A DNA stretch of 64,000 bases from an uncultured Alphaproteobacteria bacterium (GCA_944392955.1 CALXYK010000007.1:11003-75002); one strand, 5' to 3'. Shown: positions 19,774 through 30,747, counted from the first letter of the stretch. The notes: generated by a model not told the origin, from the sequence alone. Numbers and translations: made by a program.

Positions 19774-20334
19774 TTATTTTTTATAAATATTATAAATTTT
19801 TACTATATATCCATTGTTTTTTTTGAATAATTCATAATCAAAATACCAGTTATTTTTTGCAATATCTATCTCTTTATTTATATTTAGGCCCTTTAATAAA
19901 AACATTTCAGTATTTTTATTTATGATACTATTAACTAAACTTAAAAAATTATCTAACGGAGCAAAAGCTCTACCTATTATACAATTTATATTGTTATTAT
20001 TTATATTTTCAATTCTATCATTTATAATATTAGTATCAGTGTTATATATTCTTTTTATCTCTTTTAAGAAAAAACATTTCCTTTCATCGGATTCAACACA
20101 AGTAATATTTTTTATACCATAAACTGATAAAACCATACCAGGAAAACCGGCTCCGCTACCTATATCATATATACTATTTTTATTTTTTACAAAATCATAT
20201 AAAGATAAACTATCTAAAAAATGTCTATCCCATAAATTATTTACAGAATTTGGACTTATTAGATTTATACTTTTTTGCCATTTTAGTAAAGTATTTATAT
20301 AATTATCAAAAAGTTTTTTATCAAATTTATTCAT
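19774..20334 (-). CDS. rsmG: 16S rRNA (guanine527-N7)-methyltransferase RsmG (GidB)
   Basis: SAM-binding motif DIGSGAGFPG. Conserved rsmG-parA-parB gene order. Confidence 0.9.
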   Translation of the reverse strand: MNKFDKKLFDNYINTLLKWQKSINLISPNSVNNLWDRHFLDSLSLYDFVKNKNSIYDIGSGAGFPGMVLSVYGIKNITCVESDERKCFFLKEIKRIYNTDTNIINDRIENINNNNINCIIGRAFAPLDNFLSLVNSIINKNTEMFLLKGLNINKEIDIAKNNWYFDYELFKKNNGYIVKIYNIYKK

Positions 20335-20407
20335 CTTTTATACTTTTTTTTTAATCAAAATTATGATACAATTATTACAATAATATAATAAAGGAATATA
20401 GAATATT

Positions 20408-22138
20408 ATGAATAATAAAACAATAAAAAATTGTATATCTTATATTTTTGTTATTCTTTTTATATCATTTATTATCTTTATAAAATTTTTTGAAGAAGGT
20501 GATATAAAAGAAATTAAGAAAGGTGTAATTAGTAATATACCCGAAAATAAATATGGGTTATATTTATCAAGTTTCCATGCAAATCAAATAGCAGATTATG
20601 GAAGATTGTTATCTTTTTATGATGAAGCGGTAAAACAAAATGATAAAGATTTTCTTGGAAAATTACTGGTTTTACATTCTATGAATAGCAATAGTGATGA
20701 TATATTTAAATTAGCACAAGAAGAATACAAAAAAGATAAAACCAATATAATTCCTGTTATGTATATTAGTAATCATTATTTTGTGAAAAAAGACTATAAA
20801 AAATCTATGGAATTATTAAATAGTATAAAAGGTAAAGGTGATAATTTTGTTATAAAGTTATTAAAATCATGGGTTCTTATGGGACAAAAACAATATGATC
20901 AAGCAAAATTATTATTAGAAAAAGATTTAGATGATGATAAAAATAAAATTTTTAAAAAATACTTATTGATGCATTTGGCTGCTGAAAATGAAATATCAGG
21001 AGATATAAAAAAGGCAAAACAACTTTATGAAGAAATTTTAAAATCTGAAAATATCAATTTATTTGATTTAGAAAATATATCAGCATTTTTTATAAAACAG
21101 AAAGATAAAAACAAAGCAATAGAAATAATAAAGGATTATTACAAAAAATCGCCGGATTCAGTATCTGCTTTATCATTTTTAAAAAGTATAGAAAATAACA
21201 CTTATATACCATCAGGAATAGATAGTGTAAATAAGGGTATGGCAAAGGCTATTTTTGATGTATCTAATATAATTAACTTTGTATTTACTTCTACACAAGA
21301 TTTAACACTTATGTATTTATCTATGATAATAGAATTATATCCAGAGTTTTATATGGCAAAATTGATGCAAGCCGAATTATATAAAAGTATAGGTAATTCA
21401 GAACTATTTTTAAGTATTACTGATTCAATTCCTACCACACATTATCTATATATAACAGGGCAATTAAATAAGATTTTATTTTCATCTAATGAAAATAACG
21501 ATTATAATACTATATCAAATATGTATGAACAATTAGCGTTAAAATATCCGGATTATCCGCAAATATATATAAGAATGGGTAATTTTTATAGGGAAAAGTA
21601 TGATTATAAAAAATCTTTAGAGGCTTTTTCACAGGCAATAAAATATGCAAGTGATAATACTCTATTATCAAATATTTATTTTGCTAAGGCTCAGGTTTAT
21701 GATATATTAAAAGACAAGGAAAATACAAAATTAAATCTGGAAAAAGCATATAAGCTTAATAATAAAACCGCACCTTTCTTAAATTATTATGGTTATTTTT
21801 TAATCATAAACGAAATAGATATGGATAAGGGAATCTTACTAATTAGTGAAGCATTAACAAAAGATGCCTTTAATTCTTATTACTTAGATAGTTACGGCTG
21901 GGCTTTGTTTAAAAGAGGAGAAATAGAAAAAGCTATAAATATTCTTGAATTAGCAAAATCAATCAATCCGATAAATCCGGTTATTATAAATCATTTAGCC
22001 GATGCATATTGGGAAAACAACAGAAAGCAAGAAGCAATATACGAATGGCAAAAAGTTTTATCTTTAAAAAAATATGATAGTGTAACTGAGCCAATAGATT
22101 ATAAAGAAATCAAAAGAAAAATAAACAGAGGTTTATAA
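20408..22138 (+). CDS. TPR-repeat membrane-anchored protein
   Basis: N-terminal TM anchor. Multiple W-LG-Y/A..A...F..A TPR-like repeats. Confidence 0.55.
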   Translation: MNNKTIKNCISYIFVILFISFIIFIKFFEEGDIKEIKKGVISNIPENKYGLYLSSFHANQIADYGRLLSFYDEAVKQNDKDFLGKLLVLHSMNSNSDDIFKLAQEEYKKDKTNIIPVMYISNHYFVKKDYKKSMELLNSIKGKGDNFVIKLLKSWVLMGQKQYDQAKLLLEKDLDDDKNKIFKKYLLMHLAAENEISGDIKKAKQLYEEILKSENINLFDLENISAFFIKQKDKNKAIEIIKDYYKKSPDSVSALSFLKSIENNTYIPSGIDSVNKGMAKAIFDVSNIINFVFTSTQDLTLMYLSMIIELYPEFYMAKLMQAELYKSIGNSELFLSITDSIPTTHYLYITGQLNKILFSSNENNDYNTISNMYEQLALKYPDYPQIYIRMGNFYREKYDYKKSLEAFSQAIKYASDNTLLSNIYFAKAQVYDILKDKENTKLNLEKAYKLNNKTAPFLNYYGYFLIINEIDMDKGILLISEALTKDAFNSYYLDSYGWALFKRGEIEKAINILELAKSINPINPVIINHLADAYWENNRKQEAIYEWQKVLSLKKYDSVTEPIDYKEIKRKINRGL

Positions 22139-24145
22139 TTATCTATAAGTATATGCATCAGAAAAAGAACATACTTCTATGTTATCAGGAGGAAGTTCTT
22201 GGAGGAATATAGAAGGTAGGTTTTGTTGCCATTGCCCAAATACATATCTATTACCAGCATAATATATTTCTACTACTTTTTTTGCTCTTGTTAAACCTAC
22301 ATAGGCAAGTCTTCTTTCTTCTTCAACAGAACTTGCCATACCTTCGGACATAGATTTTTCACTTGGGAATATTCCCATTTCCCATCCAGGTAAAAATACT
22401 ATATCAAATTCCAGTCCTTTTGCAGCATGTAGTGTCATCAAAGATACAAAATTATTATCTTCAATAGTTGTTTGATTACTTTCCGTAAATAATGTTATAT
22501 ATTCAAGAAATTCATTTATAGTTTCAAATCTTTCTTTTATAGTTCCAAGTAGATCACTTATGTTTTGTAATTTTGCTTCTGCTTCCACTTTTTTTGAATT
22601 TTGCCACATTTCCACATAACCAGAATCATTTAAGATAGTTTGAACTACTTCTGCATGTGTAGGGTTTTTATCATCTAATAAATCTTCTTTTTGTCCGTTA
22701 TACATTAACCTCCATTTATAAAAATCATCTATAAATTTTTGTAAGTTTATAGATACTTTTCCGGTTATTTGTTTAGATTTTAACAACATTTCTGTTGATT
22801 GGAACAAAGAAACTTTGTGTTGTCTTGCAAAGTCAGATATTTGTTTTAATGTTTTATCACCCACACCTCTTTTAGGTACATTTATTATTCTTTCAAACGA
22901 TAAATTATCCTGAGGATAAACAAGCAATCTTAAATAAGCTATTACGTCTTTTATTTCTTGTCTTTCATAGAAACGTAAACCACCTATAATTTTGTAGGGA
23001 ATCCCGGCACTAATTAACCTTTCTTCAAATAACCTAGTTTGATATCCAGCCCTAACAAGTATAGCCATTTCCGATAATTTAAAACCTTTTCTTTGATACA
23101 TTTCTATTTTATCTACTATCTGTATCGCTTCTTCATCACCGGTCCACACACCGGTTATTTGAATTTTCTTTGCATCAGTATCATTTACCATATTAGGGCA
23201 GGGTTTAAGTTCTTTTCCAAGCCTGTCTTTATTTTTAGATATAAGAAACGAGGCTGCTTTTAATATATGTGTAGTAGAGCGATAGTTTGTTTCCAGCCTT
23301 ATTATAACAGCATTTTCAAAATCATTTTCAAAGTGTAAAATATTTTCTATCTCTGCACCTCTCCAAGAGTAAATAGATTGATCATCATCACCAACACAAC
23401 AAATATTATGATGAAAATCAGATAGTAGTTTTAAAAGCCTGTATTGAACAGCATTGGTATCTTGATACTCATCAACCATTATATACTTAAATTTTTTTTG
23501 ATATTTTTCTAAAATAGCTGGATTTTTTTCAAAAATCATCAATGGATAAAGTAATAAATCCCCAAAATCAACAGCATTTAATTCTTTTAATTTATCCTGA
23601 TATACTTTATATATTTCCAATAATCGTCCATTTATAGTATCTACATCAATCATTTTAATATTATTATCATCAAAATAAAAACCTTTATCTTTTAACCGAG
23701 CAATATTATCCAATACAATAGCCGGAGACCATTTTTTAGTATCTATCATAAGGTCTTCTTCCATAACTTTTTTAATCAATAACTTTTGATCATTTTCATC
23801 AAATATAATAAAATTAGGTTTTAGGCCGGCTAATTCAGTATATCTTTTTAATATTTTAAGCCCAACAGCATGAAAAGTTCCTATCCACAAACTATCTACA
23901 TTATCACCTATCATTTTTTTTATTCGCGATTTCATCTCATTTGCTGCCTTATTAGTAAAAGTCACAGCAAGTATTTGCCAGGGCATAGCCAGTCCATTTT
24001 GTATTATATAAGCAATCCTAGAAGTAAGAACTCTTGTTTTCCCGGTTCCTGCGCCGGATAACACTAACAAGGGTCCGTCTGTTGTTTCAACGGCAACCTT
24101 TTGTTCAGCATTCAACTTATTAAACCAATCAGGTATAATATTCAT
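22139..24145 (-). CDS. uvrD: UvrD/Rep-family ATP-dependent DNA helicase
   Basis: Motif I GAGTGKTRVL. Motif II VDEYQDTN. Motif VI VGLTRAKK. 668 aa. Confidence 0.8.
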   Translation of the reverse strand: MNIIPDWFNKLNAEQKVAVETTDGPLLVLSGAGTGKTRVLTSRIAYIIQNGLAMPWQILAVTFTNKAANEMKSRIKKMIGDNVDSLWIGTFHAVGLKILKRYTELAGLKPNFIIFDENDQKLLIKKVMEEDLMIDTKKWSPAIVLDNIARLKDKGFYFDDNNIKMIDVDTINGRLLEIYKVYQDKLKELNAVDFGDLLLYPLMIFEKNPAILEKYQKKFKYIMVDEYQDTNAVQYRLLKLLSDFHHNICCVGDDDQSIYSWRGAEIENILHFENDFENAVIIRLETNYRSTTHILKAASFLISKNKDRLGKELKPCPNMVNDTDAKKIQITGVWTGDEEAIQIVDKIEMYQRKGFKLSEMAILVRAGYQTRLFEERLISAGIPYKIIGGLRFYERQEIKDVIAYLRLLVYPQDNLSFERIINVPKRGVGDKTLKQISDFARQHKVSLFQSTEMLLKSKQITGKVSINLQKFIDDFYKWRLMYNGQKEDLLDDKNPTHAEVVQTILNDSGYVEMWQNSKKVEAEAKLQNISDLLGTIKERFETINEFLEYITLFTESNQTTIEDNNFVSLMTLHAAKGLEFDIVFLPGWEMGIFPSEKSMSEGMASSVEEERRLAYVGLTRAKKVVEIYYAGNRYVFGQWQQNLPSIFLQELPPDNIEVCSFSDAYTYR

Positions 24146-24251
24146 TTTTTTTACTCGTTTGTTTTAATTATGTTCTATTATATAAATATAGAAAAAATCT
24201 TTCAATAATAAATTTACAAAGTATAAAAACCGGCTTTTTCAGTATTTTTTA

Positions 24252-25040
24252 TTATCTATTTAATAACTCATTAAAGCCTTTTTCTACTATATCATGACAA
24301 TAAAGAGCCAATTCTTTCCTATTATTAAAACCAGTAGAAATATCAATAGGATCGTGAAATATTACTTCAATAGTAAAAGGTGTATGTTTCATAGCATTTA
24401 CAAGATGCTCTACTAATCCTTGATCTTTCAAATACCATGCAAAATTGTGCCTATCTTCATCTGACATTCTTTTTTTACCCTGATATACATAGGCAATAGA
24501 AATAGGTTGTATTGTTATTTGATTTTCAAGTTTTTTACCTATATGATTTTCAAACATAGCAAACAAAGAACTTTTGAAAGGTAAAACTTCGTTTCCATCA
24601 GTAGAAGTTCCCTCAGGAAATACTAACAAAGGTAAAGATCTATTCTCAAACTCTTTTTCTATTAAATTTACCTCTCTACCAGCCTTCATTTTATCTCTTG
24701 AAATATAAACGGTATTTCCCAGCCTTGTAATAATACCAAATATAGGCCAATTTTTTACATCATCTTTTGAAATAAAGTTGGTTTTTATCAAAGAACCCAG
24801 TGCAAATATATCAAAATATGAGTTATGATTACAAATCAATAATAAATTTTTTATGTTTGCCAGTTTCCCTCTTTTGACTTTTATTCTTATTCCAAGCATA
24901 AAACAAACTACCTTAAAATACATTTGGTTATACCACGGAGCAAAGATTTTAGTCTTGCTTACTAACCAAAGTATAGGCATCATAACAATCATCCACAAAA
25001 GTAATAAGGTTATCCTTATATAAGCAAAAAGAGTTTTCAT
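24252..25040 (-). CDS. plsC: 1-acyl-sn-glycerol-3-phosphate acyltransferase (PlsC-like)
   Basis: HX4D motif NHNSYFD. FPEGT motif. N-terminal TM. Confidence 0.65.
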   Translation of the reverse strand: MKTLFAYIRITLLLLWMIVMMPILWLVSKTKIFAPWYNQMYFKVVCFMLGIRIKVKRGKLANIKNLLLICNHNSYFDIFALGSLIKTNFISKDDVKNWPIFGIITRLGNTVYISRDKMKAGREVNLIEKEFENRSLPLLVFPEGTSTDGNEVLPFKSSLFAMFENHIGKKLENQITIQPISIAYVYQGKKRMSDEDRHNFAWYLKDQGLVEHLVNAMKHTPFTIEVIFHDPIDISTGFNNRKELALYCHDIVEKGFNELLNR

Positions 25041-25056
25041 AACTTATCCTTTTAAA

Positions 25057-25515
25057 CTAATTAGCATTTGCAGGTTTAACTTCTTCGGGCTTTTTTGCTT
25101 CTACTTTACTAAAATCAATAGGAGCAAGCACAAAAGGAGGGAACCCACTATCTTTTGTTAAATCAGTCACAACACTTCTTGCAAAAGGGAATAAATACGA
25201 AGGAACTTTTTTCATTAAAATTTCGGTATTTTCTTCCTTTGAATTATCTTTGTTTACTGCAATCATAGCACTATAAGAAAGTTCAACTAGATATAAAACC
25301 CTGTCTTTTAATGAGTTTTTAACAGTTAAATGTAAATTCGATTCAAAAAGATTTTCACCAGAAGGTACGGCTTTTATTTCAAAAGAAATTTCTATGTTAG
25401 GCTTTTCTTCTATCTTCTCAAAAAATATTTGAGGTGAATTAGGTGCCTCAAAAGACAAATCCTTTATAAATTGATTTAATATTTCAAATTTTTTTTGCTC
25501 TGTTTTTTCAGTCAT
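25057..25515 (-). CDS. secB: protein-export chaperone SecB
   Basis: KDLSFEAPNSPQIF matches E. coli SecB KDISFEAPNAPHVF. 152 aa. Confidence 0.8.
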   Translation of the reverse strand: MTEKTEQKKFEILNQFIKDLSFEAPNSPQIFFEKIEEKPNIEISFEIKAVPSGENLFESNLHLTVKNSLKDRVLYLVELSYSAMIAVNKDNSKEENTEILMKKVPSYLFPFARSVVTDLTKDSGFPPFVLAPIDFSKVEAKKPEEVKPANAN

Positions 25516-25611
25516 TTTATTTTTTCCTTTAAATTTGTTTTTTTATATACTATATATAATATATAAGAAGTAAAACTAATAAAACAAGAAAAATTTTAAT
25601 TTAGGTGCAAT

Positions 25612-26268
25612 ATGAGTTCATTGAATTACTTTGATATAATAATAATGATTTTATTCTTAATAGTTTCATTTTCTGTGTATAAGACTTTAAAGTCAGATAA
25701 TCCCGATATGGATTTCCCTCCATTTCCAGATTCTAAAGGGCAATCTACCAAACTTATCAGGGTGTTAAAAACTCATAATAAGCAGGAATATTGTCTTGAT
25801 GATACTATTCAACCTGATACAGCAGAACAGAAAGTAGAAAAATTATTAAAGGTTGATAAAACATTTGATACTTTATCATTTATGCTACATGCAAAAGCGG
25901 AGTTTGAGTATATTTTAAAACATTTTTGTGAGAAAGACATGAAGTCTCTTAAATCAAAAATCTCTCAAAATGTTTACGATACTTTTGAAAATAGTATAAA
26001 AGAATTGGAAAAACATAAATATTCCATATGTTCGGAAATTATAAGATTTAAAAAAGTGGCGATAAAGGACATAAAAGTTGCTAAAAATTATGCAAATGTG
26101 ATAGTAGAATTTATAACAGAACAAACAGGTGTTATAAAGGATAATTCTGGTAAAATAATAAAAGGTGATGATAATAAAATAGATACAATAAAAGATGTTT
26201 GGTGTTTTTCTAAAAATTTAATATCTAAAAATTCACAGTGGGTACTAAGTGCTACAATAGAAGCTTAA
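25612..26268 (+). CDS. Tim44-like domain membrane protein (the conserved alphaproteobacterial neighbour of secB)
   Basis: N-terminal TM. Length about 218 aa. Divergent arrangement with secB. Confidence 0.45.
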   Translation: MSSLNYFDIIIMILFLIVSFSVYKTLKSDNPDMDFPPFPDSKGQSTKLIRVLKTHNKQEYCLDDTIQPDTAEQKVEKLLKVDKTFDTLSFMLHAKAEFEYILKHFCEKDMKSLKSKISQNVYDTFENSIKELEKHKYSICSEIIRFKKVAIKDIKVAKNYANVIVEFITEQTGVIKDNSGKIIKGDDNKIDTIKDVWCFSKNLISKNSQWVLSATIEA

Positions 26269-26279
26269 CGGGGGTTAAT

Positions 26280-26459
26280 ATGTTTAATAAAAAAATAACA
26301 TTGGGTAGTTCAAGAAGACGAGAAGGTCTTTCTAAGGCAAAAATATTATGGATTATAGCATTTGTTGTTTTAGTGTTTTTATCTATTTGGCAAATGCCTG
26401 TTTCTCAAACTACTATATCAGAAAATATAACATTACCAACACCAACAGAAATAAAGTAA
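26280..26459 (+). CDS. small single-TM membrane protein (hypothetical)
   Basis: 59 aa starting at an ATG preceded by a GGGGG SD. Contains a KILWIIAFVVLVFLSIW TM segment. The longer 26238 start in the ORF track is unlikely. Confidence 0.3.
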   Translation: MFNKKITLGSSRRREGLSKAKILWIIAFVVLVFLSIWQMPVSQTTISENITLPTPTEIK

Positions 26460-26536
26460 AAATTCATTTTTTCTATTTACATTATTTTTTTCGTATGGTA
26501 AATTTTCCTTTATATTAACTACAAAGGGAAAATAGC

Positions 26537-27106
26537 ATGTCATATTCAAATTTTTCAGAATTAAAAACAGATTTAACAATAAAAATGGAAAAGGCTGTTG
26601 AAATCTTAAAACGCGATTTATCAGGTTTAAGGACAGGTAGAGCTTCTGTTAATTTATTAGATAGTATAATGGTTATGGCATACGGAACGCCAACACCTAT
26701 AAATCAGGTTGCAAGTGTTTCTACACCGGAAGCTCGTTTAATTTGTGTATCTGTTTGGGATAAATCACTTGCTCCAGCAGTAGAAAAAGCCATCAGAGAT
26801 TCTGATTTAGGCTTAAATCCTGCATCTGATGGAAGTTTAGTTCGTATTCCTATACCTGCATTAACAGAAGAAAGAAGAAAGGAACTTTCTAAAATTGCAA
26901 GTGGTTATGCAGAACAAAGTAAAATTTCAGTAAGAAATATTCGTCGTGATGGTATGGAGTCTGTAAAATCTATGGAAAAGGATAAACTTATCTCCGAAGA
27001 TGATAAAAAATCATACGAAGATGAAATACAAAAACTAACTGATAAAACTATTGCTGAGATAGATAAACATTTCGCAGATAAACAAAAAGATATTATGACA
27101 ATATAA
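26537..27106 (+). CDS. frr: ribosome recycling factor
   Basis: 189 aa. VRNIRRDG motif. frr-uppS-cdsA order. Confidence 0.93.
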   Translation: MSYSNFSELKTDLTIKMEKAVEILKRDLSGLRTGRASVNLLDSIMVMAYGTPTPINQVASVSTPEARLICVSVWDKSLAPAVEKAIRDSDLGLNPASDGSLVRIPIPALTEERRKELSKIASGYAEQSKISVRNIRRDGMESVKSMEKDKLISEDDKKSYEDEIQKLTDKTIAEIDKHFADKQKDIMTI

Positions 27107-27115
27107 GGATAAACA

Positions 27116-27826
27116 ATGGATCAGGAATTAAAAATTCCAGAACATATTGCCATAATAATGGATGGCAACGGAAGATGGGCAAAAAGTAAAGGTTTGCCAA
27201 GAAGTGTCGGCCATACAAATGGTGCAAAGGCATTACAAAGGGTTGTAGAAGCCTGTAAAAAATATAATATAAAAACACTTACTGTTTTTGCATTTTCTAC
27301 TGAAAATTGGGGACGACCAAAGGAAGAAGTTGACTTCCTTATGAATTTATTTTCACGATATTTAACAAATCAGTTTGATAAACTAATAGAAAATAAAATC
27401 AAATTTAATGTATTAGGGGACAAATCCCGTTTCTCGCCTGAAATACAGGAAAAGATGATTAAATTAGAAAATGCGACAAAGGATTTTAATGAATTTACAT
27501 TAAATGTTGCAATGAATTATGGTGGACATGCGGAAATAGTAAAGGCTACAAAAGAAATTGCACAGGAAGTAAAGGAAGGTAAAATCGCAGTAGAAGATAT
27601 AAACGAAGAATTATTTGAAAATCATCTTTATACAAAGGGGCAGTCCGCACCTGATTTAATAATAAGGACAAGTGGGGAGCAACGATTAAGTGGTTTCTTA
27701 CTATGGCAATCATCTTATTCTGAATTGTATTTTCCAAAAATACATTTTCCAGATTTTGATGAAGAACAAATAAAACTAGCAATAGAAGAGTATACAAAAA
27801 GGGATAGACGTTATGGAAAAGTTTAA
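27116..27826 (+). CDS. uppS: undecaprenyl diphosphate synthase
   Basis: HIAIIMDGNGRWA and other cis-prenyltransferase motifs. Confidence 0.93.
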   Translation: MDQELKIPEHIAIIMDGNGRWAKSKGLPRSVGHTNGAKALQRVVEACKKYNIKTLTVFAFSTENWGRPKEEVDFLMNLFSRYLTNQFDKLIENKIKFNVLGDKSRFSPEIQEKMIKLENATKDFNEFTLNVAMNYGGHAEIVKATKEIAQEVKEGKIAVEDINEELFENHLYTKGQSAPDLIIRTSGEQRLSGFLLWQSSYSELYFPKIHFPDFDEEQIKLAIEEYTKRDRRYGKV

Positions 27827-28670
27827 GGAAATTTTTACAGGTACTAACAAAAGACTTCGTATCACAACTGCGACAATAATGCTTTTGCTCGCATATTTAA
27901 TTATAAAGATAGGCTTTTGGGGGTTTTCAGCATTATGTTTAATAGTTTCATTTGCAATGATTTATGAGTTTAATAACATATTTGGTAGAAAAGGTAGTAA
28001 AAAATTTATATGGGATACAATAAGTATATGTGGAACATTAACTGCATTTTGTCTTAACAAAGTATTTTGGAATCTTCCTAATTACTATTTTTCTTCTATA
28101 TTAGTATGCTTATTTTGTATTTCTATGCTTATTAATATCGCATTGGATAGAAAACACTGGCTTTTAGAAAGTTTACCACCTATTTATATAGGTTTTGGAA
28201 TAATGTCCATTTTATATTCATATATTTATTCAAGTATAATGGCTGTGTTATATATGTTTATAATTACCATTTCTACCGATACAGGTGCATTTTTTATAGG
28301 TTGCAGTTTAAAAGGTCCAAAACTTTGGCCTAAAATCAGCCCTAAAAAAACATGGAGTGGAGCAATAGGAGGAGTCCTTTGTGCATTTACTTTTGGAACT
28401 GCCTTTATCATTAGTATGTTGTGGGGTGCAGGTAGTAATAATTTTAATACTGTTGCCCTTTGGGGTATGATAAGCATTGTGTTATCAATAATCTCAGAAT
28501 GTGGTGATTTATTTGAATCCTGGATAAAAAGACTTAACGATGTTAAAGATTCCAGCCAGTTAATACCTGGACATGGTGGTTTTTTAGATAGGTTTGATAG
28601 TATTTTATTTGTAGCTCCAATAATGGCTCTTATCCTAGCATTTTGTAATATAGGGGCTTTTATTCTATAA
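27813..28670 (+). CDS. cdsA: phosphatidate cytidylyltransferase
   Basis: Polytopic membrane protein. C-terminal KR.......S..IPGHGGFLDRFDS CTP-transferase signature. Confidence 0.85.
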   Translation: MEKFKEIFTGTNKRLRITTATIMLLLAYLIIKIGFWGFSALCLIVSFAMIYEFNNIFGRKGSKKFIWDTISICGTLTAFCLNKVFWNLPNYYFSSILVCLFCISMLINIALDRKHWLLESLPPIYIGFGIMSILYSYIYSSIMAVLYMFIITISTDTGAFFIGCSLKGPKLWPKISPKKTWSGAIGGVLCAFTFGTAFIISMLWGAGSNNFNTVALWGMISIVLSIISECGDLFESWIKRLNDVKDSSQLIPGHGGFLDRFDSILFVAPIMALILAFCNIGAFIL

Positions 28671-28697
28671 TACTAAAAGACATCGCCAACAATAATA

Positions 28698-29117
28698 TTA
28701 TCTTTCCCTTTTAAAGTGGCAATTACAATAAGTACAAAATTGGAAAGCATTTTTATATTTACAATATTTTCTATTAAACTTTAAAGAACAAGTTTTATAA
28801 AAATTGCTAACAATATCTTTTATTTCTTTATTGTATTGTTTTCTTTCAATAGTATTTTCTTTTGGTAGTCCATTATTTTTATTATATATTCCTGCATCTT
28901 TACAACTTTTACATCCATCTGTATCAAATCCATCGCAATTACCACCTAAATATTCAGGACAAGCAGATTTATAAGTATATATTTCATTAATAGAGTTAGA
29001 AACTATTTCTATTTCAGAGAGTAAGATATCTATTTCTTTACTAGAAAGTTGTATATCATCTATTTTTTCATTAGATACAGGATTAGATTGATTTTTATTT
29101 TTTATATTTTTTTTCAT
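28698..29117 (-). CDS. cysteine-rich hypothetical protein (10 Cys, no signal peptide)
   Basis: 139-aa ORF. CPEY...GNCDGFDTDGCKSCKD...CTYCNCH. Confidence 0.35.
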   Translation of the reverse strand: MKKNIKNKNQSNPVSNEKIDDIQLSSKEIDILLSEIEIVSNSINEIYTYKSACPEYLGGNCDGFDTDGCKSCKDAGIYNKNNGLPKENTIERKQYNKEIKDIVSNFYKTCSLKFNRKYCKYKNAFQFCTYCNCHFKRER

Positions 29118-29138
29118 TTTTCTAACCTTTATAAGAAT

Positions 29139-30683
29139 TTAATTTAAAAAATTAACAGGAGCAGGGGATATAACTTTTGTTTTTGTGACACTACCACCAA
29201 CAATTTCTTTTATATCCATATTTCTTTCACTTGCACCATTGGATTTAAACCTAAAACTTCCGTTTATTCCTGTCCAACCATTAGGATTAAGTAAGTCATC
29301 TTTTTCAATTACACCATCTTTTTCTAAAGAGTTAACAAGGGATACTGCATCATAGGCCAAAGATGCAATTTTAATAGGTTTTCTTTTAAAATAGTTTCTA
29401 TATGCATTATCAAATTGACCTGTATATTTTGTAGATACAGAAGGATACCAAGCCCCACGGAAAGCCCTTTCTGTATAAATTTTAGAGTTTTCTAATTGTG
29501 ATGTTCCAAGATATTTTATCCTATCTGGGTGTACATCATAATACATTAACGAAGATCCTATCATCAATACGTCATTTATATCATCACCAAAAACAAATAT
29601 TGCTTCATATTCAGGATCAGAAATAGTAGTTTGTTTTTCTAAATCCTCCAAAGTTTTTTCCAAAAATGAAACTTCATCATCTGTTGAAAAATATTGTTCT
29701 AAATCATAGGCAACAGCATATTCATCAGGATTTTCATCTTTAAGTTTTACTAAGTAATCAAAACGTTCCTTTGCTGCTTTTTTATATTCATTATACTCAT
29801 TAACTCTATTATCAAAGTCAGAAATTTCCTTTACTGCAGCCATAAGATCATTTTTCTTTTTCGTGGTGTATTTGTTTTCAGCAACTACCTCAGCATTATA
29901 GGCAGATACATATTTTTTAAAGTTATCTAAAACAAAGTTTCCAGAATCCGAGTCAGATACTATAACACCAAATTTGGTAATACCATTTTGCACAGCAAAT
30001 TCAACTATTCTTTTTATTTGTTGTTCCATCAAAAAGCCGATAGAAAAAACATTTCTTGATAAAACATTTGTATCAGTTGTAAAGGAAATAATAGGAGTAT
30101 CATCAACTGCACTTTTAGCTCCCTTAACTTCATCTGCGAACAAAGGTCCAACTATTACATCTGCGCCTTCGCTAATAGCATTATGAACCTTTTCTTTTGC
30201 ATCTTCGTATGTTCCATTTGAGTTATAAAATTGCAAAATAGTATTTTCGGATTTTGCATCAAACAATGCCATAGTAGCAGCATTTTTCAAATCTTCCGCA
30301 GCCTGAGGATTTTGTGCTTCAACAGGCAAAATAACAGCAATCCTTAATATTCCATCATCTTTTTCCATTTGTATATTTTCTTCAACCGCGCTTATAGTTA
30401 TATCAGGTGTATAAGAAGTAAAAGTCTTATTACTTTGAGGTAAAGAAGCAGTTTTATAAGAAGAAAAATCAAATAATTTTCTAATAGTTTCACTTGTTTC
30501 TGGATAAGAGGAATATAAGGCTTGTTTCTGAACATCTTCAATAGGAGCAGTCATTTTACTTCTATCCCCAAGTTGAAGTTTTTGAGGCTTGTTAATTGCC
30601 TTTGGCACACCATTATATGTTGCACAAGCACTTAATATAAAAAACAAAGATAATAATAGACGATTCAATAAAAATTTAAACAT
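29139..30683 (-). CDS. LpoA-like lipoprotein (periplasmic-binding-protein fold; putative penicillin-binding protein activator)
   Basis: Lipobox LSAC. Type-1 periplasmic-binding-like motifs (RIAVILP, GADVIVGPLF, KFGVIV). Divergent from rsmI as in E. coli lpoA-rsmI. Confidence 0.45.
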   Translation of the reverse strand: MFKFLLNRLLLSLFFILSACATYNGVPKAINKPQKLQLGDRSKMTAPIEDVQKQALYSSYPETSETIRKLFDFSSYKTASLPQSNKTFTSYTPDITISAVEENIQMEKDDGILRIAVILPVEAQNPQAAEDLKNAATMALFDAKSENTILQFYNSNGTYEDAKEKVHNAISEGADVIVGPLFADEVKGAKSAVDDTPIISFTTDTNVLSRNVFSIGFLMEQQIKRIVEFAVQNGITKFGVIVSDSDSGNFVLDNFKKYVSAYNAEVVAENKYTTKKKNDLMAAVKEISDFDNRVNEYNEYKKAAKERFDYLVKLKDENPDEYAVAYDLEQYFSTDDEVSFLEKTLEDLEKQTTISDPEYEAIFVFGDDINDVLMIGSSLMYYDVHPDRIKYLGTSQLENSKIYTERAFRGAWYPSVSTKYTGQFDNAYRNYFKRKPIKIASLAYDAVSLVNSLEKDGVIEKDDLLNPNGWTGINGSFRFKSNGASERNMDIKEIVGGSVTKTKVISPAPVNFLN

Positions 30684-30747
30684 AATTCTCGCTTTTTTTT
30701 AAAAATGTGTTAGTATGAAAATATATGAGATATAATAGAATAAGATT

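Noticed and set aside
20408-22138. TPR protein considered as a T4SS effector or eukaryote-like repeat protein.
   Set aside because: It has an N-terminal TM anchor and generic TPRs only. There is nothing specific to support an effector call.
25057-26268. The divergent secB / Tim44-like pair considered as a finding.
   Set aside because: I recall this as a conserved alphaproteobacterial arrangement. It is recorded as a feature only.
26238-26279. The longer start for the small membrane ORF 26238..26459.
   Set aside because: It overlaps the upstream gene. The internal ATG at 26280 has a GGGGG SD.
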